Part shown: positions 13,127-27,164 of the stretch, piece after piece | How positions within the stretch are numbered: position 1 is the stretch's first letter | Layout of the letters: every line of letters begins with the position of its first letter | Source of the DNA: Bilabrum cf. latius | Lineage: Eukaryota | DNA: 64,000 bases | Assembly (NCBI GenBank): GCA_965178125.1 | Contig: OZ237737.1 | Span: forward strand, 620,001-684,000 | Reading direction: 5' to 3' | Notes under the pieces: generated by a model | Databases searched by the model: none | Told to the model about the DNA's origin: nothing | What the model saw: the letters and a program-made list of their open reading frames with translations, nothing else | Made by a program: the position numbers and the translations under genes

Positions 13127-13937
13127 ATGTTGCGCCGTGTAATGACTGCTTCAAGCCGAGTCGCTCTTAACGCTGGTCGCATTACATCTGCGGCAGTCGC
13201 AGCGCATGGGCTGTTCAGCACATCCGCCGTTGCCGCAGAAGGAAACCCCAAGGTCTTCTTCGACGTGGCAGTGGATGGCGAAAAGCTTGGCCGCCTCACG
13301 ATGGAGCTGCGGGCAGACGGTAAGATTGCTAGGTTATATCGTATTACTTTTATACACTAGGATTGCATGTTGGTGTGAACTCCACTGGTTGCAGCTCTAC
13401 CCCCGCAGTGGCTCCCAAGACGGCTGAGAACTTCCGCGGGCTGTGCACTGGCGAGTACGGAACGGGACAATCAGGCAAAGAGCTTGTAAGAACAATTTAT
13501 TGATAATCATATTGTGGTGATTACAGCAGCATATGATTAGTTTTCTTCCTAGTGGCATCTGCTCGCAGTCTTACAAGGGCAGCAAGTTCCACCGAATCAT
13601 CCCGGATTTCATGGCCCAAGGTGGCGACTTCACCGCTGGCAATGGAACTGGCGGTGAGAGCATTTACGGGAGGACATTTTAGGACGAAAACTTCAGTCTG
13701 AAGCACGACCGCCCTGGTCTGCTGTCCATGGCGAACGCCGGCCCCAACACGAACGGGTCCCAGTTCTTCCTGACGTTCGTCCCTTGCCCGTGGCTGGATG
13801 GTAACCACACCGTGTTCGGCCAGGTGGTGGATGGCGCAGAGCTCCTGCGTGATATGGAGGCGCTTGGCTCCAGCAGTGGCAGGACCCGATCCACCGTGGA
13901 GATCGTGGATTGCGGGGAGATCAAGGAGGAGGAATGA
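13127..13937 (+). CDS. Cyclophilin-type peptidyl-prolyl isomerase, probably mitochondrial (CypD/PPIF-like, ~212 aa)
   Basis: Exons 13127-13319, 13409-13485 and 13569-13937. Motifs [46 protein letters not shown][TAG 13680]DENF and [14 protein letters not shown]. The N-terminus ([14 protein letters not shown]) looks like a mitochondrial presequence. Confidence 0.95.
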
Positions 13938-14360
13938 GCGGGAGCATCTTGCTGCACAGGTTGAGAGTTTGACATCGGTAGATAAGATTGTGGTAGACGA
14001 ATCACTGCGTGTCGCGAACAGCGAGCCGCATGCAGGAACACTGGGACGAGTGGTCGCGGTGTACGCTTCAATCGGCCACAGTGGCATGCGAGAGCTTCTA
14101 TCCGCGATCATGTGGGCCACATACGTTCTAACAGCACGTCTAATCAGGCGGAACAATCCGCATTCCGGTGGACCTGTACACACGGCCGGCAATCTGAAAT
14201 CATCGTCAGCGACAATAACAACACGCTACTTGTGTCTGTATAGACTCGATGACAATAATGGCTTTACTCGCGCACTTTGCCACTGGTTCCGCATAAATTT
14301 GCCCTGAAAGCTGCTTGAATAGCAATGAAGTCGATTTCACGGGTTTCAAGAGCCGTCGGC

Positions 14361-16525
14361 ATGCTTCGATCACCGGCTTATTCGATTCTCAGAGCAAGAG
14401 TTACTCGAGCTTTCTCAGCTGCTGCGTCAGGCACTGGGAGCCGGGATTCATCTCTTCGACAGGTAAGTCGGGCCGATTTTGTGTAAACTGTTTTCATTTA
14501 TGGCATGACTGCAACAATGATGGAGATGAGGAATGGATTGTTTTAGTTTTTGGGACAACGGTTGGGGGACAAGGTCACGGAGGCCGCGATAAGTCTCTCT
14601 CAGGTGATTCATGTCATCATGTGCCTTCACACCACTCGCAGAAGCTGGATGATGGACTGGGACTTGAAGATTTCGTAAAGGCAGGCACAGCTGGCCTTGG
14701 CAACCAAGAACCTGAGGTGAGAAAGTCTTGTTTGATCACTTGGCGGTAAGGAGGGCCACGATTTTTGGCACAGTTGCGTTTCTTGTGTCGTTGCGCCGCG
14801 ATTTTTTGGTGAATAGCTGCTAAGTATTATCACGATCGTCCCATCAGCCTCAAGTACGCTGTTCGGCATGATGCCGCATCTTGGGGTGGCCGCGCTTGTT
14901 AGAGTCGGTGCAGGCATTTTCTATTGCGGTTTTGCAGCTTTCGCGGGGAGTGCACGGGCTATCAGTTCAGTTACTTGTATATCAACCACTTCCAATGTTT
15001 ACAAGTTTGCAGGGTATTGCCGCTGATCGGCAGGAAAGGGCGGTAATGCCGCTTTTTGATCTTCCGGCCGACATCAAGGACGTGCCTTTCAAAACGTACA
15101 CGAAGAGGCACATTAAGAAAATTCTTGCAGAACATGCGCCCTAGTTGGATTATATGGATTACTACGTGCCGTCTACTGTGCTGCCGTAAGTTTGGCTCAG
15201 CACGGATGAATCCAAGCTGCGTTGCAGCACTAGCGAATGATTTTCAGGCTGTGTAGCTGCTACTATTTATGAATATTCGCAGTATGCGTACCAACAACTA
15301 CTTAGTGGACGAACTTATTGATTGGAGCAACGTGCCAAACGACCCGATGTTCCGCCTGGTGTTTCCCTAGCCCGACATGCTCAGCGAGGAGCACTCTGCC
15401 ATGATGCGAGGACTCATCGAGAGCGGCGAGGCCAAAGGCGTCAAGCTGCAGACCGAGGCCAACAAAATTAGAGCACTGCTGAACCCCCATCCGGCCGGCC
15501 AGAAGACGCTCAACGTGCCCAAGGTGGACGGGGAGGAGGTCCCCGGCCTCCAGCACAAGTACCGCGAAACGGTCCTCTTCTTCCCCACAGAGTCGCAGTA
15601 CTGCTAGGCGTATTGCACCTACTGCTTCAGGTTCGCCCAATTCGTGGCCGTGGGCTCCAGCCTGCAGTTTGCCTCGAAGGACGCGCAGCAGCTGGCCCGG
15701 TACCTCGAGGTCAACAAGGGCGTGAGCGACCTCCTCTTCACGGGTGGTGACCCGGGCACGCTCACGGCGGAGCAGTTCAGCAGGTACATCGACCCTCTGC
15801 TCAACACCAAGGAGCACGAGCACGTGCAGACCATCCGCATCGGCACCAAGTCGCTCGCCTACTGGCCCTACCGGTACGTCACGGACAGCGACGCAGACGA
15901 TTTCCTGAGGCTCATCAAGCGTGTCGTGGACAGCGGCAAGCACGTGTCCTTCATGGCCCACTTTACCCACCCCGTGGAGCTGTCCACTCCGGTGGTCAAG
16001 GAGGCCATGCGCCGGATCCGATCCACCGGCGCGCAGATCCGCACGCAGGCACCTCTGGTGAAGCACATCAACGACGACGCCGACACGTGGGCCACCATGT
16101 GGAGGGAGCAGGTGAGGCTGGGTGCCGTGCCCTATTACATGTTCGTGGAGCGAGACACTGGCCCGAGGGCGTACTTCGAGGTCCCCCTGGAGCAGGGCTA
16201 CGACATCTTCACCAAGGCGTTCACCCAGCAGAGCGGGCTGGCGCGCACCGTCAGGGGTCCCTCCATGTCCTGCGAGCCGGGGAAGGTGCACTACCTGGGC
16301 CCCGCCACCATCAAGGGCGAGAAGGTCATGATGTTCAAGTTCCTGCAGGCGCGCAACCCCGAGTGGAGCAAGCAGCCCTTCTTCGCGCAATACGACTCCA
16401 AGGCCGTGTGGCTGCACGACCTCAAGCCGGCCTTCGGAGAGAAGAAGTTCTTCTTCGAGGACGAGCTCAAGGCCATCGAGCAGGCGGGGGCGTCGTCTGG
16501 GCAGCTGCTGCAGGCGGACGAATGA
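14361..16525 (+). CDS. KamA-family (lysine 2,3-aminomutase-like) radical SAM enzyme with predicted mitochondrial presequence (~530 aa)
   Basis: Proposed exons 14361-14462, 14642-14716, 15013-15185 and 15283-16525, all phase-compatible. Motifs VLPMRTNNYLVDELIDWSNVPNDPMFRLVFP[TAG]PDML, GLQHKYRETVLFFP, CxxxCxxC as C[TAG]AYCTYC, LLFTGGDP, IRIGTKSLAYWP and VPYYMFVERDTG. The first two exons are less certain than the core. Confidence 0.88.
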
Positions 16526-17122
16526 GAAATTAGCTTGTGTGACGAATGAGTTCGGGCTGACGGTGGAGCTGTGGATGATGATGATGCTACAACTGTGGGT
16601 GCTGCCTGCTTTTGTTTTTTTGCTACTGTAGCTGTCGTTACTTCGGCATTCGATGCTGGCAGGGCATGTCCTTGTTTACTTGCTTGCCCTGGCGTGCTTT
16701 TCGATTCGCTGTGGCAGCTGGTGCCATTGGAGGGAGGAAGGATGCTTGACATGGAGGAGTGAGGTGGGAGAGCTCGTGCTATTAGAGGGGGAGTGCGCTT
16801 GGCGCCGCTCCTCGTCGCTTTGGGCACTTGCTTTTGGGCGAGCGAAGGATGGGGCACACTTTGTGGCTGTTGGTGGAGCGGCACGGCGGCGAGACTTCCG
16901 ATAGGAGGCTTGCTTGCGCTGGTCCTGCCTACTTGCCACGCATGTATCAGTGCCAATGAAAATCAATTTATTGCTGTACTACACTATCTGGTCTTCCTGG
17001 TCTTTCCTGTGGGCTTCACTACAGGTTCGTTTCAGGTTCCTTTCTTGCCGAACCTCTCGCGGATTCATCACGGACTGCGGGCAAGTATAGCGCATCATTC
17101 ACAGGCCCCTTGAAAGCGCAAT

Positions 17123-18469
17123 ATGGCGAACCAAGCTGAGGCAATCTAGGCATGGAACAAGTACATTTCCCCAGAGTTTGATCCGTCGCTTTTGAAGAAA
17201 GACAAACGATAGGGCCAGAGAGGCGCACGACATGTTCGCATGGTTACACCCTTTAAATGTGCTTGCCTCAAGTGCGGGGCAATCATTCCTCATATGAAGA
17301 AGTTCAACACTAGGATAGAGAAAGCTGTGGACAAGGACTACCATGGTGTCGTAATATTTCGATTCTTTTACAGGTGTCCGGAGTGTTCACAGCCTTTCAC
17401 GATTGTTACTGATCCTGCGACCAATGACTATGCCGCTGAGCACGGTGTGCGGCGAATCATGGAAGTATGGAAGGAGAAACAGCTTGCACAGAAGAAGGAG
17501 GAAGCCGAGAAAGCCGCGAAGGATGAATTGGGTGGCGCTGACACAATGGAGGCGCTAGAGGAGCGCACAGAAAGAAGCAAACGACTGATGGAACAGCACG
17601 AAGAGCTGGAGGCATTAAAATCGTCAAACAGGGAGATAGAGGGGATGACTCCGGACGAGCTCCTGCGCTCCTTGTACGGCAGCGGCGGCGAAGCTGCCAA
17701 GGCAGGCGGGGGCGACGACGACGCTGTTGCTGCGAGGACCGCCGAGGAGGATGCAGAGCTCGCGGCAGCGTTCGGCGGCAGCGGCTCTGGGAAGGCCACT
17801 GGGGGCTTATCATTGCCCGGGCAGTCTTCGTCTTCGTTGTCGTCTGTGGCTGCGGCCGCGGCCGGATCGCAGGCACCATCATCGTCGTCTACGGTTCCGT
17901 CATTGCCACCCTCTGCCTCTGTGGGTGCTTCCAGTGGCTCAGCTGCCACCGCCACTGCTGCTGCCAGTGGGACCGGGTTCGACTTCTTCGGGGAACCCGA
18001 GGCTGCTTCGGCATCCCCAGGCGCGCGCGCATCATCGCAGAGCGCGTCGCAAGGAGTTCCAAATGGCGAGCAGCCCGACTCGGGTGGTGTTCCCCCGGTG
18101 GCACCTGGCCCGCCTGCTGCAGCTTGGAGTGGAGGGTTACCGGGCGTGGCGAGCGCCTCTGGTGGCGTCATTATCCGAAGAAAACGGAAGAGGGGTGAAG
18201 GATCGTCTGGCGCGTAGCCTGCGTCAAGCGATGGGCTCCGACTGGGCTCGCCAGGAGGTGGCCCCGCACCACAGACCGACTGTGGGGCTGGCTTGAACAA
18301 GCGAGCGCGCGTGGAAGAGAGTGAATCAGTTCTGCCAGCTAAGCCACCTACAAGGGTGAGTGGCAATACCCAATATAGTAGCGGGTCAGTGCAGCAGAAG
18401 AAGGCAAGCGTGCTGCTAGCTGCATACGCTGAAAGTTCGGATGAAGAAGATGAAGACGCTGGCGATTGA
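17123..18469 (+). CDS. YJU2: Splicing factor YJU2/CCDC94 (Cwc16) (~448 aa)
   Basis: N-terminal NKYISPEFDPS, RMVTPFKCACLKC, KKFNTR and IFRFFYRCPEC..TDP zinc-knuckle pattern, plus C-terminal LLAAYAESSDEE. Needs read-through of TAG at codons 9 and 30 and at 18215. Ends at TGA. Confidence 0.88.
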
Positions 18470-18715
18470 CAGGTTGAATTTTCCGAGGGGGGAAGCATGA
18501 TTTCGCCTAGTAAAGGCGGTTCTTATGTGCCATGGCCGCCCCTTGGAGGGCGAGCGAACAGATAGAGTCAAAGCACGTACATTGGCTGTGACTGGCCGAT
18601 CGACGATAGCGACGACACAAGACAAGACGTGCTGCAAGTGTATTGGGTTACTGTATATGTAATCTCAGCATGACAACCGATTGCGCTATCCATACTGAAA
18701 TCCTACAAAGATCGG

Positions 18716-20677
<1,962 letters not shown>

Positions 20678-21012
20678 GTGGTCTTTTCTTGCGTATAGGA
20701 ATGAGTGACTGCGCGTTCCCGCTGTCCAAATTATTGTTCAGTAAAGTTTGATTTAAAATGTTGGATTGTAAGTAGCGTGTTGGTATATTGTATTTCCCGC
20801 GTGCTTCCAACTTACTGACTTTTATATGCAGAAATTGGGATGGTTCATAGATTTAATATTTTGACATATGCTCGGTCTAACGGAACTGGCACAGATGATC
20901 CACTTCGACCACTATGGGCGCCAGGAATCCGAATACGGATGGGTTCCGGTTTGCTCAGAAGCGAGCTTCCGGATGAAGGTCGCACGCAAAGCACCTTTCA
21001 CGAAGATAGTGC

Positions 21013-24000
21013 TCAAACTACGCCATTGCAGACGTTTTGAATCATGACAAATGTCCCTGGGAGTCTCCTTGCCGCGACCTTGTCTTCTAGCACACCGGCG
21101 AAGGCCTCGCGCAACGTATCCAACAGCAACTTCCTGCCCTTATCGGTGCTTTGCCCGCGCACCACCTTGATCGCAGCCTTGGTAGCTGGAGCGCACCTAG
21201 CATCAATCTGCTGCACCATTCCAGTGGGCGCCCGTCGGCCCGCTGCCACTGCAGCGCATTGAACCACGTGCCCGATGCAAGCGAGCACACCTCGGGACGT
21301 TGCAGCTGTGGAGCTGCTGCTATTGCCGCTGCTCAGCAGTGACGAAGCCAGCGCATCGAGGCACCTGCAGGCAGCGAGGCTGGCAGCACCTGTCTCACTC
21401 GGGTCCACCCGCCTGACAAGCCCGCTACCGCAAAGCGCTTGCAGCAGGCTCTAGGCCAGATCAACTAAATCTGCTAGTGTCTGCGGGGAAACACCGAGAT
21501 CTAGAGCTACTGCCCCAGCAGCGACGACGTCTAGCCCAGTTGATACTGCGGCAGCCAGGTCTGCGTCGTGATTGATGCCCCCACTGTCGGCCAGCTGGTC
21601 TCGGACCGGACTCACTCGCTGGACGGACCTCGTCACCAGCGCTGCAGACACCACCGTGATGTGCCGCAGCTCCGTGAGCGATTCCCTGACCGATGAATCA
21701 CTCGATGCTAGCAATGCTTCTCGCGAGAGCAGCTTGGATGCGAATTGGTGCAACCGGCCGCACCTGCGCACCTCTCTCAAGCACTACTGCACGGATGCTG
21801 CGGGGGCACCTGGTCGTTCGCCTAGCACCTCCACGTCGCTGTCCAGCAGCCGCTCAACGACGGCATGCAGCAGGACACACAGAGCCCTCGCACACACGAG
21901 CAAGATGCTGACGTTCATTTCGCTGCCACTGACCAGCAGGAAGCGGAGGCTCTCGGCAGCACAGTCTTCCAAAGCCACAGAACCACCGCTGGAGCCCTAG
22001 CCGCCCCCAGAAACACCGTGGCCGGCTGCCTTTCCCGCAGTTCCCTTCAGCAGCATGGTCCCAAATCCAGCGAACCGCGTCGCCTCCATAGCTAAAACCT
22101 CGCCTGCGAGTGCCCTTGCCTGCGGCAGCACCTCTGCCACCCCAACGCAAGCAGCAAAGAAGGCTCGGAGGCTCTGCAAGAATAGCTGGGCAGCGGCTGG
22201 AAGCGCCGTATCCGAGTCGTCTTGGCTCGCAGAGAGAGCGGCCTCCTTGGATGCAAGCTGCACGCCTCGAGCCAGCGACTCGAGCAGCTCGATGCACCCC
22301 CGTGCCACAGTGTCTCTGGCCACCCGCTTAGCGGCGGACAGCTGCTTGGTGCTTGCTTGGAGCAGGTGATCCAAGGCACACGACATGGTGGCATCGATGA
22401 GATCCAGACCACCCTCACTCCGCAGACCTGCTGGAGTTGCAGCAAAATGAGCTGCACAGGCGGCGATCAAAGGAATGGCGGTTTGCTTGGTGTCCGCTGA
22501 ATCGCCGCTTGGCCCAGGATTAACAGCAGCGGCATCGGAGCTGGAGCTTCGCGGTGCTGTCACCCCGCCATCCAAATTGACACGGAACCTAGCCATTACT
22601 GCCTTTAGGAGAAGCGGGCAGCTTCTTGAGACCTCGATCATTGAGGCAAGGCCAGACTGAGGCTTCGCTTCGGTGCCGGCCGCCGCATCGGCGGGTATTT
22701 CACCGTCAGCGAATCCATTGGTACTCCCATCACGATCATCCTATTCAGCGCACAAAGTTGCGGCATCGCCGAGAACAAGACCCATCAGAACTTCCAAATG
22801 CTTCAGCATGGCACCAAGAGCCTGCGACAGCTGCTTGGCCTGCTCTGAATACGCAAGAGCCTCGTCATGATGCAGCTCTAGCTCATGGACCGCAGCTGCA
22901 CCCAGCCTTGACCCCGGAGATTCGGCCTGATGGAGCTGCTTGGCTGCAACTGCGGCAGCTTGTCCTGCATCTGCCAAAGTGTTCTTTGCAATCTCGATCA
23001 GCGAGCTGCTGGCTTTCCCCAGCCCGCACCTCGACATCTCCTTGGCACAGTCTGCCCACGCTCGGCGGTCGTGGCTGGAGCACGCTGCCTGCAGCAGTGC
23101 GCCTGTACATGAAACTACTCTGCACAGGGAGACGCACTCTGCAGCAGTCGCGCTAGGTGCCGCTGGGTCAACGCCCGCTTCCACCCTGCTGCGACCAGAC
23201 GAAGGCCTGGGTCGCTTTGAGCTCCCCGGGCGGCCGGCACCCACCGTGGGCGTCCTGGGACTGCCTAGCCGCATGGAGGCTCCGAACTGCTCCTTGCTGT
23301 GGCGATTACGGATAGTAGCGGCTGCACGGGCAAGAAACCGGCCAAGCGGCGACAAAAACAATCCATCTAATTGGGTACCACGCGACAGGTCGTCAGTCCC
23401 GGCACCCGAGGACGGTGTGGCATTCGATGAGCTGAGCACGAGCTGCCAGCGATGCATGGCCTCCGATGGCTGAGCCAGATCAGCCAGCAAGAGCAGGGCA
23501 CTGGCTGCGTATCCATCCCCAGTAGGAGCACCCGTCCGCTGTGATATCTCGAGACCGCGAATAAGGGGCGCAGCAATGCGACGGATGCTCTCATCAGCAA
23601 GCGTGGAGCCTAAAGCAAGCCTGGCTCTCAGGGCCAGTACCAACGGCCGGACAGGGTTGGCGCTTGGGCGCAAAGAACCATCTACGGGGGGCGATGCCGC
23701 AGTGGCCAGAGCAAGCCCAGCCAGCATGCGTTCGTTTTGTGCCAGCGAATCGCGCGTGCCTTCCGTCTGCGAGAGAATGTTGCAAGCGCATTGCAGGCTT
23801 TCCACGGATGGGGAGCAGGCCATCCCGTCCGCAGACCTACCTACCATCCAATCCTGCAGCCAGTTGGGCAGCTCCCACCAGCTCCGGTAGTCCATCGTCT
23901 GGTCGAGCTGGCTGCTAGACTTCTCAGCCAGCCGTCGCCTATCCAAGTCGTCGTCAAGCTGCGCCGCACAGTAGAATGCAGCTTCAGCCAACGCCATGTC

Positions 24001-26966
24001 ACAGGCCTATATGCATGCTGGTAAGGTTGCAGTTCGAGAGCCAGCGCTGCCGTGTGACCCTGCTGCTTCTCGAAGTCCGCTGAACAGCCGCTACCCGATC
24101 ATCTTGCGTTTCTCACTAAGCTCTGCTTGCGAGAAGCTGCCCATTGGCGCGAGCGATTGCTCTGGGACAGCTGTGGCATTCCGAAGGGCGCCTGCCAGCA
24201 TTGCTGCAGCGCATGCCGAGCATGCATCCAGCAGGACCTACGTGTCTCCCGCCTGCCCTGACCGCCTCGCCTTGACCGTCACGACGAGCACTTCGAGACA
24301 CGCTCTCGGCAGCACAGATCCCATGATGTCATTGGCAATTTCTGAAGAGACGCTCTCATCGAAGGCAACAGCCGGCTCTGATCGCCTACGAGTCCCTGGC
24401 CTGTCTGCCCGAACCACGCCAGAGGCCAGCGCAAGGCAATGACAAAGTGCACCGCACAGCTGACGAGCTGCCTTTGGCTGGGACAAGCCTGGCTCGTGTG
24501 TCTTTGGGCTGCCCGCCGCAGCCGCAAGCGTATCTACGACTGCCTTTGCAAGTTGCCTTAGCATCGATCTTCTCGTGCCTCCAGGCGAAGGCTTCTCCCC
24601 CTCCTGCTCCCTCCAAGGCATCCGCAGATAGCCCCCTGCGGCCACTGGCCTCACGCCGCAGGCCTTCGAGGCAGGAATCGCCACCTCTACAAGAAGGCTG
24701 GCAGCCAAGTCCTCTCCCTGCAGACCTTCTTGGGGCTCCCAACCGGGGACACAGCCAGACAGAAGGACAAGAAGCTCCACCGGTCCAGGAGTGGCTGGTG
24801 CTGCCGTTGAGTCGTCCGGGCTGGACGCCAGCTGGATCCAGTCGGTGGACGCAGAGAGCTTTTCCAGGATTGCAAGAACAGGGGCATTGGACACAGGTGG
24901 GCCTCTTGCACTGCGTGCTCGCTGCTCCGCGAGATACTCCTGCAGCTGGGTCATCTGGGTCGTTGTGTCCAAATCACAACCCATGCTGGCCACGCGCAGC
25001 ACCCTGTCGTGAAGGGACAGCTTGCTCGTGGCATCGTTGTCGCTTGGCCCACCTGCCTCCGAGCTGCACGCAGCTGTTGATTCACCAGTCGGGCGCTCAC
25101 CGGTCTTTGGAGAGGGGCTTGGGACCTGGCCGGCTTCGTCCAGGGCCAATTCGGCAGCGCCAGGCGCTTGGGTTCCTAAGTGAGATCCTGAAGCCGGCTC
25201 AGTTGCGGCATCGGCCTCAGCTGGTGGCAGATCGCGACCGTACGTCTCCTCCAGCGCAGACTACAGCGAATCAGAAAGCAAATTCTACGTATTGCTCGCA
25301 GCTGCGCCGCCGCTCGATTGACTGGGTCGTTGACCACGTGCGGGGCTTACGCTGTCGGATTTTGAACCGTGCGAACCAGCCATGTCCTCCTGCAAGTCAC
25401 GTGGAGTCTTCGGCGAGCTAGCCCTACTGCCATCTGGCGCGGCGTGGGACTCCTTCGACTCCGCTGCCTCCTCTGCGCGACTGGTGCCTGTTCCACTTAG
25501 GGTGCGGCTCTACGCACCAACGGCATCACTACGACCTCCATCCGCGGTGTCTCCTGCTTGCACATGAGATCCTACGGCTGCCCGGAGCTAGCTTCTTCTG
25601 GGGATTGACAGCCTCTCCCATACGTGCAGGCACTCGGGCACTTCTCGTGGCATGCCTCCGTCTGGAGTGAGGCCGAGCGAATCGATGCCTGCGCCAGAAG
25701 ATCGAAGCTTGCTTTTGCTTGTAGTACTTGCTCGGCCTCTGGATGCAGTACCACCTAGCTGGGTTTGGACGACATTACTTAGCACGCCTCGGCAGAAATC
25801 GTGCTTCGCGATGTCGGTCCACGTCGGTCGATCGAGAGGATGGGGCGCCAGCAGCCGGTCAAGAAGATCAACCAGCGGCTGACTAGATAGCATGAGGGCT
25901 CGACCAGGCGGAAGGACTGTACCTCGGTGCATGGAATCGTGGGTTGGGTGTCGGCTGTCGGCTGCAGGGCGCACCTCCCCCTCCCCCTGCCAACTGGTCC
26001 GCCGTTCGCCATGTCGTACAGGCCTTGCAGCATACAGCTCGCAGTAGGCAGTCAGCGGGTCCTGAGACACAGACTCGGCCGATTCGAATCGCGCGGACGC
26101 CGCCCGCGAGTCGCTCATCGTCGTTCTCCTACTGCTGCTGCCGCTCTCGTCCAGCATGTCAAGCGCCCGATCCGAGCCACGGGAGGCATTGGCAGCACGC
26201 CCGGCCAGTAGCCGGTACAGAAGCATCCCAACCCTCCACAAATCGCTCGCAATACCGTACAATGGCAAAGGCCCTCGTTCACCGGCAACATCAATTGCTC
26301 CCTCCAAGCACTCGGGCGGCGTGGCTTGCCCGAGCCGAGCCCCCGCACGGGTGACCTTGGCTAGCCTGTCAGCTTCGGCTGCTGTCCGCCTGTCAGAATC
26401 TGCGTCTGCATTGCCCTACATTATGGACACTCTATATGCCGATCGAAAGCTTCCCAGTTTGGCCACTCCATATGAATCCAAGCTGATGTTGTCGGGGTCG
26501 AGACCAGCAAGCAGAACGCCGTTCGCGTGGCACCATGCCAAACCTCTCAAGATGTCGGCAGCGATCAAGTTGACTGCAGATTCGGGAAATGAAGCACTCT
26601 ATCGGAGACATTGTCCAATAGTGTCGCCTGAGCATAGCTCCAGTACGATCCAGTAGTGTCGTGACGTTTCGTACCACCCGTGAAACTTGACTACATTGCT
26701 GTGCCCGCTTAACTTGTTCAAGAAGTACACCTCGGCTTTCGTCTGCGTATAGGATATAGCTGTGAACGATAGGTTCCTGGGTACGATTCAAGAGCACGAT
26801 GGTCATTTGTGAGGAAATTCAGATAGATACTCACTGCAACGCTGTCCAGCTTGTCGACCCGCCGTAGGCACACATACTCGATCTCCTGCCTGACTCTGCC
26901 CTTAAACGACCGAAACTACTTATTTCTAGATCCTTCAAGCTCCCCGTATAGCTGGTACTTCTCCAT
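21013..26966 (-). CDS. ULK4: ULK4/RUNKEL-like pseudokinase with long helical C-terminus (~1953 aa)
   Basis: Exon 1 is 26966-26835 (MEKYQLYGELEGSRNK[Q]FRSFKGR), then a 92-nt intron, then exon 2 at 26742-21013 with NVVKFHGWYETSRHYWIVLELCSG, ILRGLAWCH, SDLWRVGMLLY and LLDRLLAPHPLDRPTW. The FHxWYETS.H.W motif is typical of ULK4/RUK. The frame is interrupted only by TAG until TGA at 21013. Confidence 0.8.
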
Positions 26967-27164
26967 TATTCATGAAAAGGTGGAAACGGCAACTGCACAT
27001 TTTGAACCGGTTGTAACTGCGGAAGCACGAAGAGCCGTATACTCCGCGAAATCAAGGGCTGGTCAAGAGTTAATCGAGAAGTACAGTAGAACTATAGCAT
27101 TGCAAGTCAGTTGACTTGGGTGCTTGCTCTGAATTGCATGAGATACGTTGGAAGCTCACGGCGA

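Noticed and set aside
15302-16417. 371-aa minus-strand ORF
   Set aside because: Antisense shadow of the GC3-biased KamA-like CDS, with no recognisable motifs.
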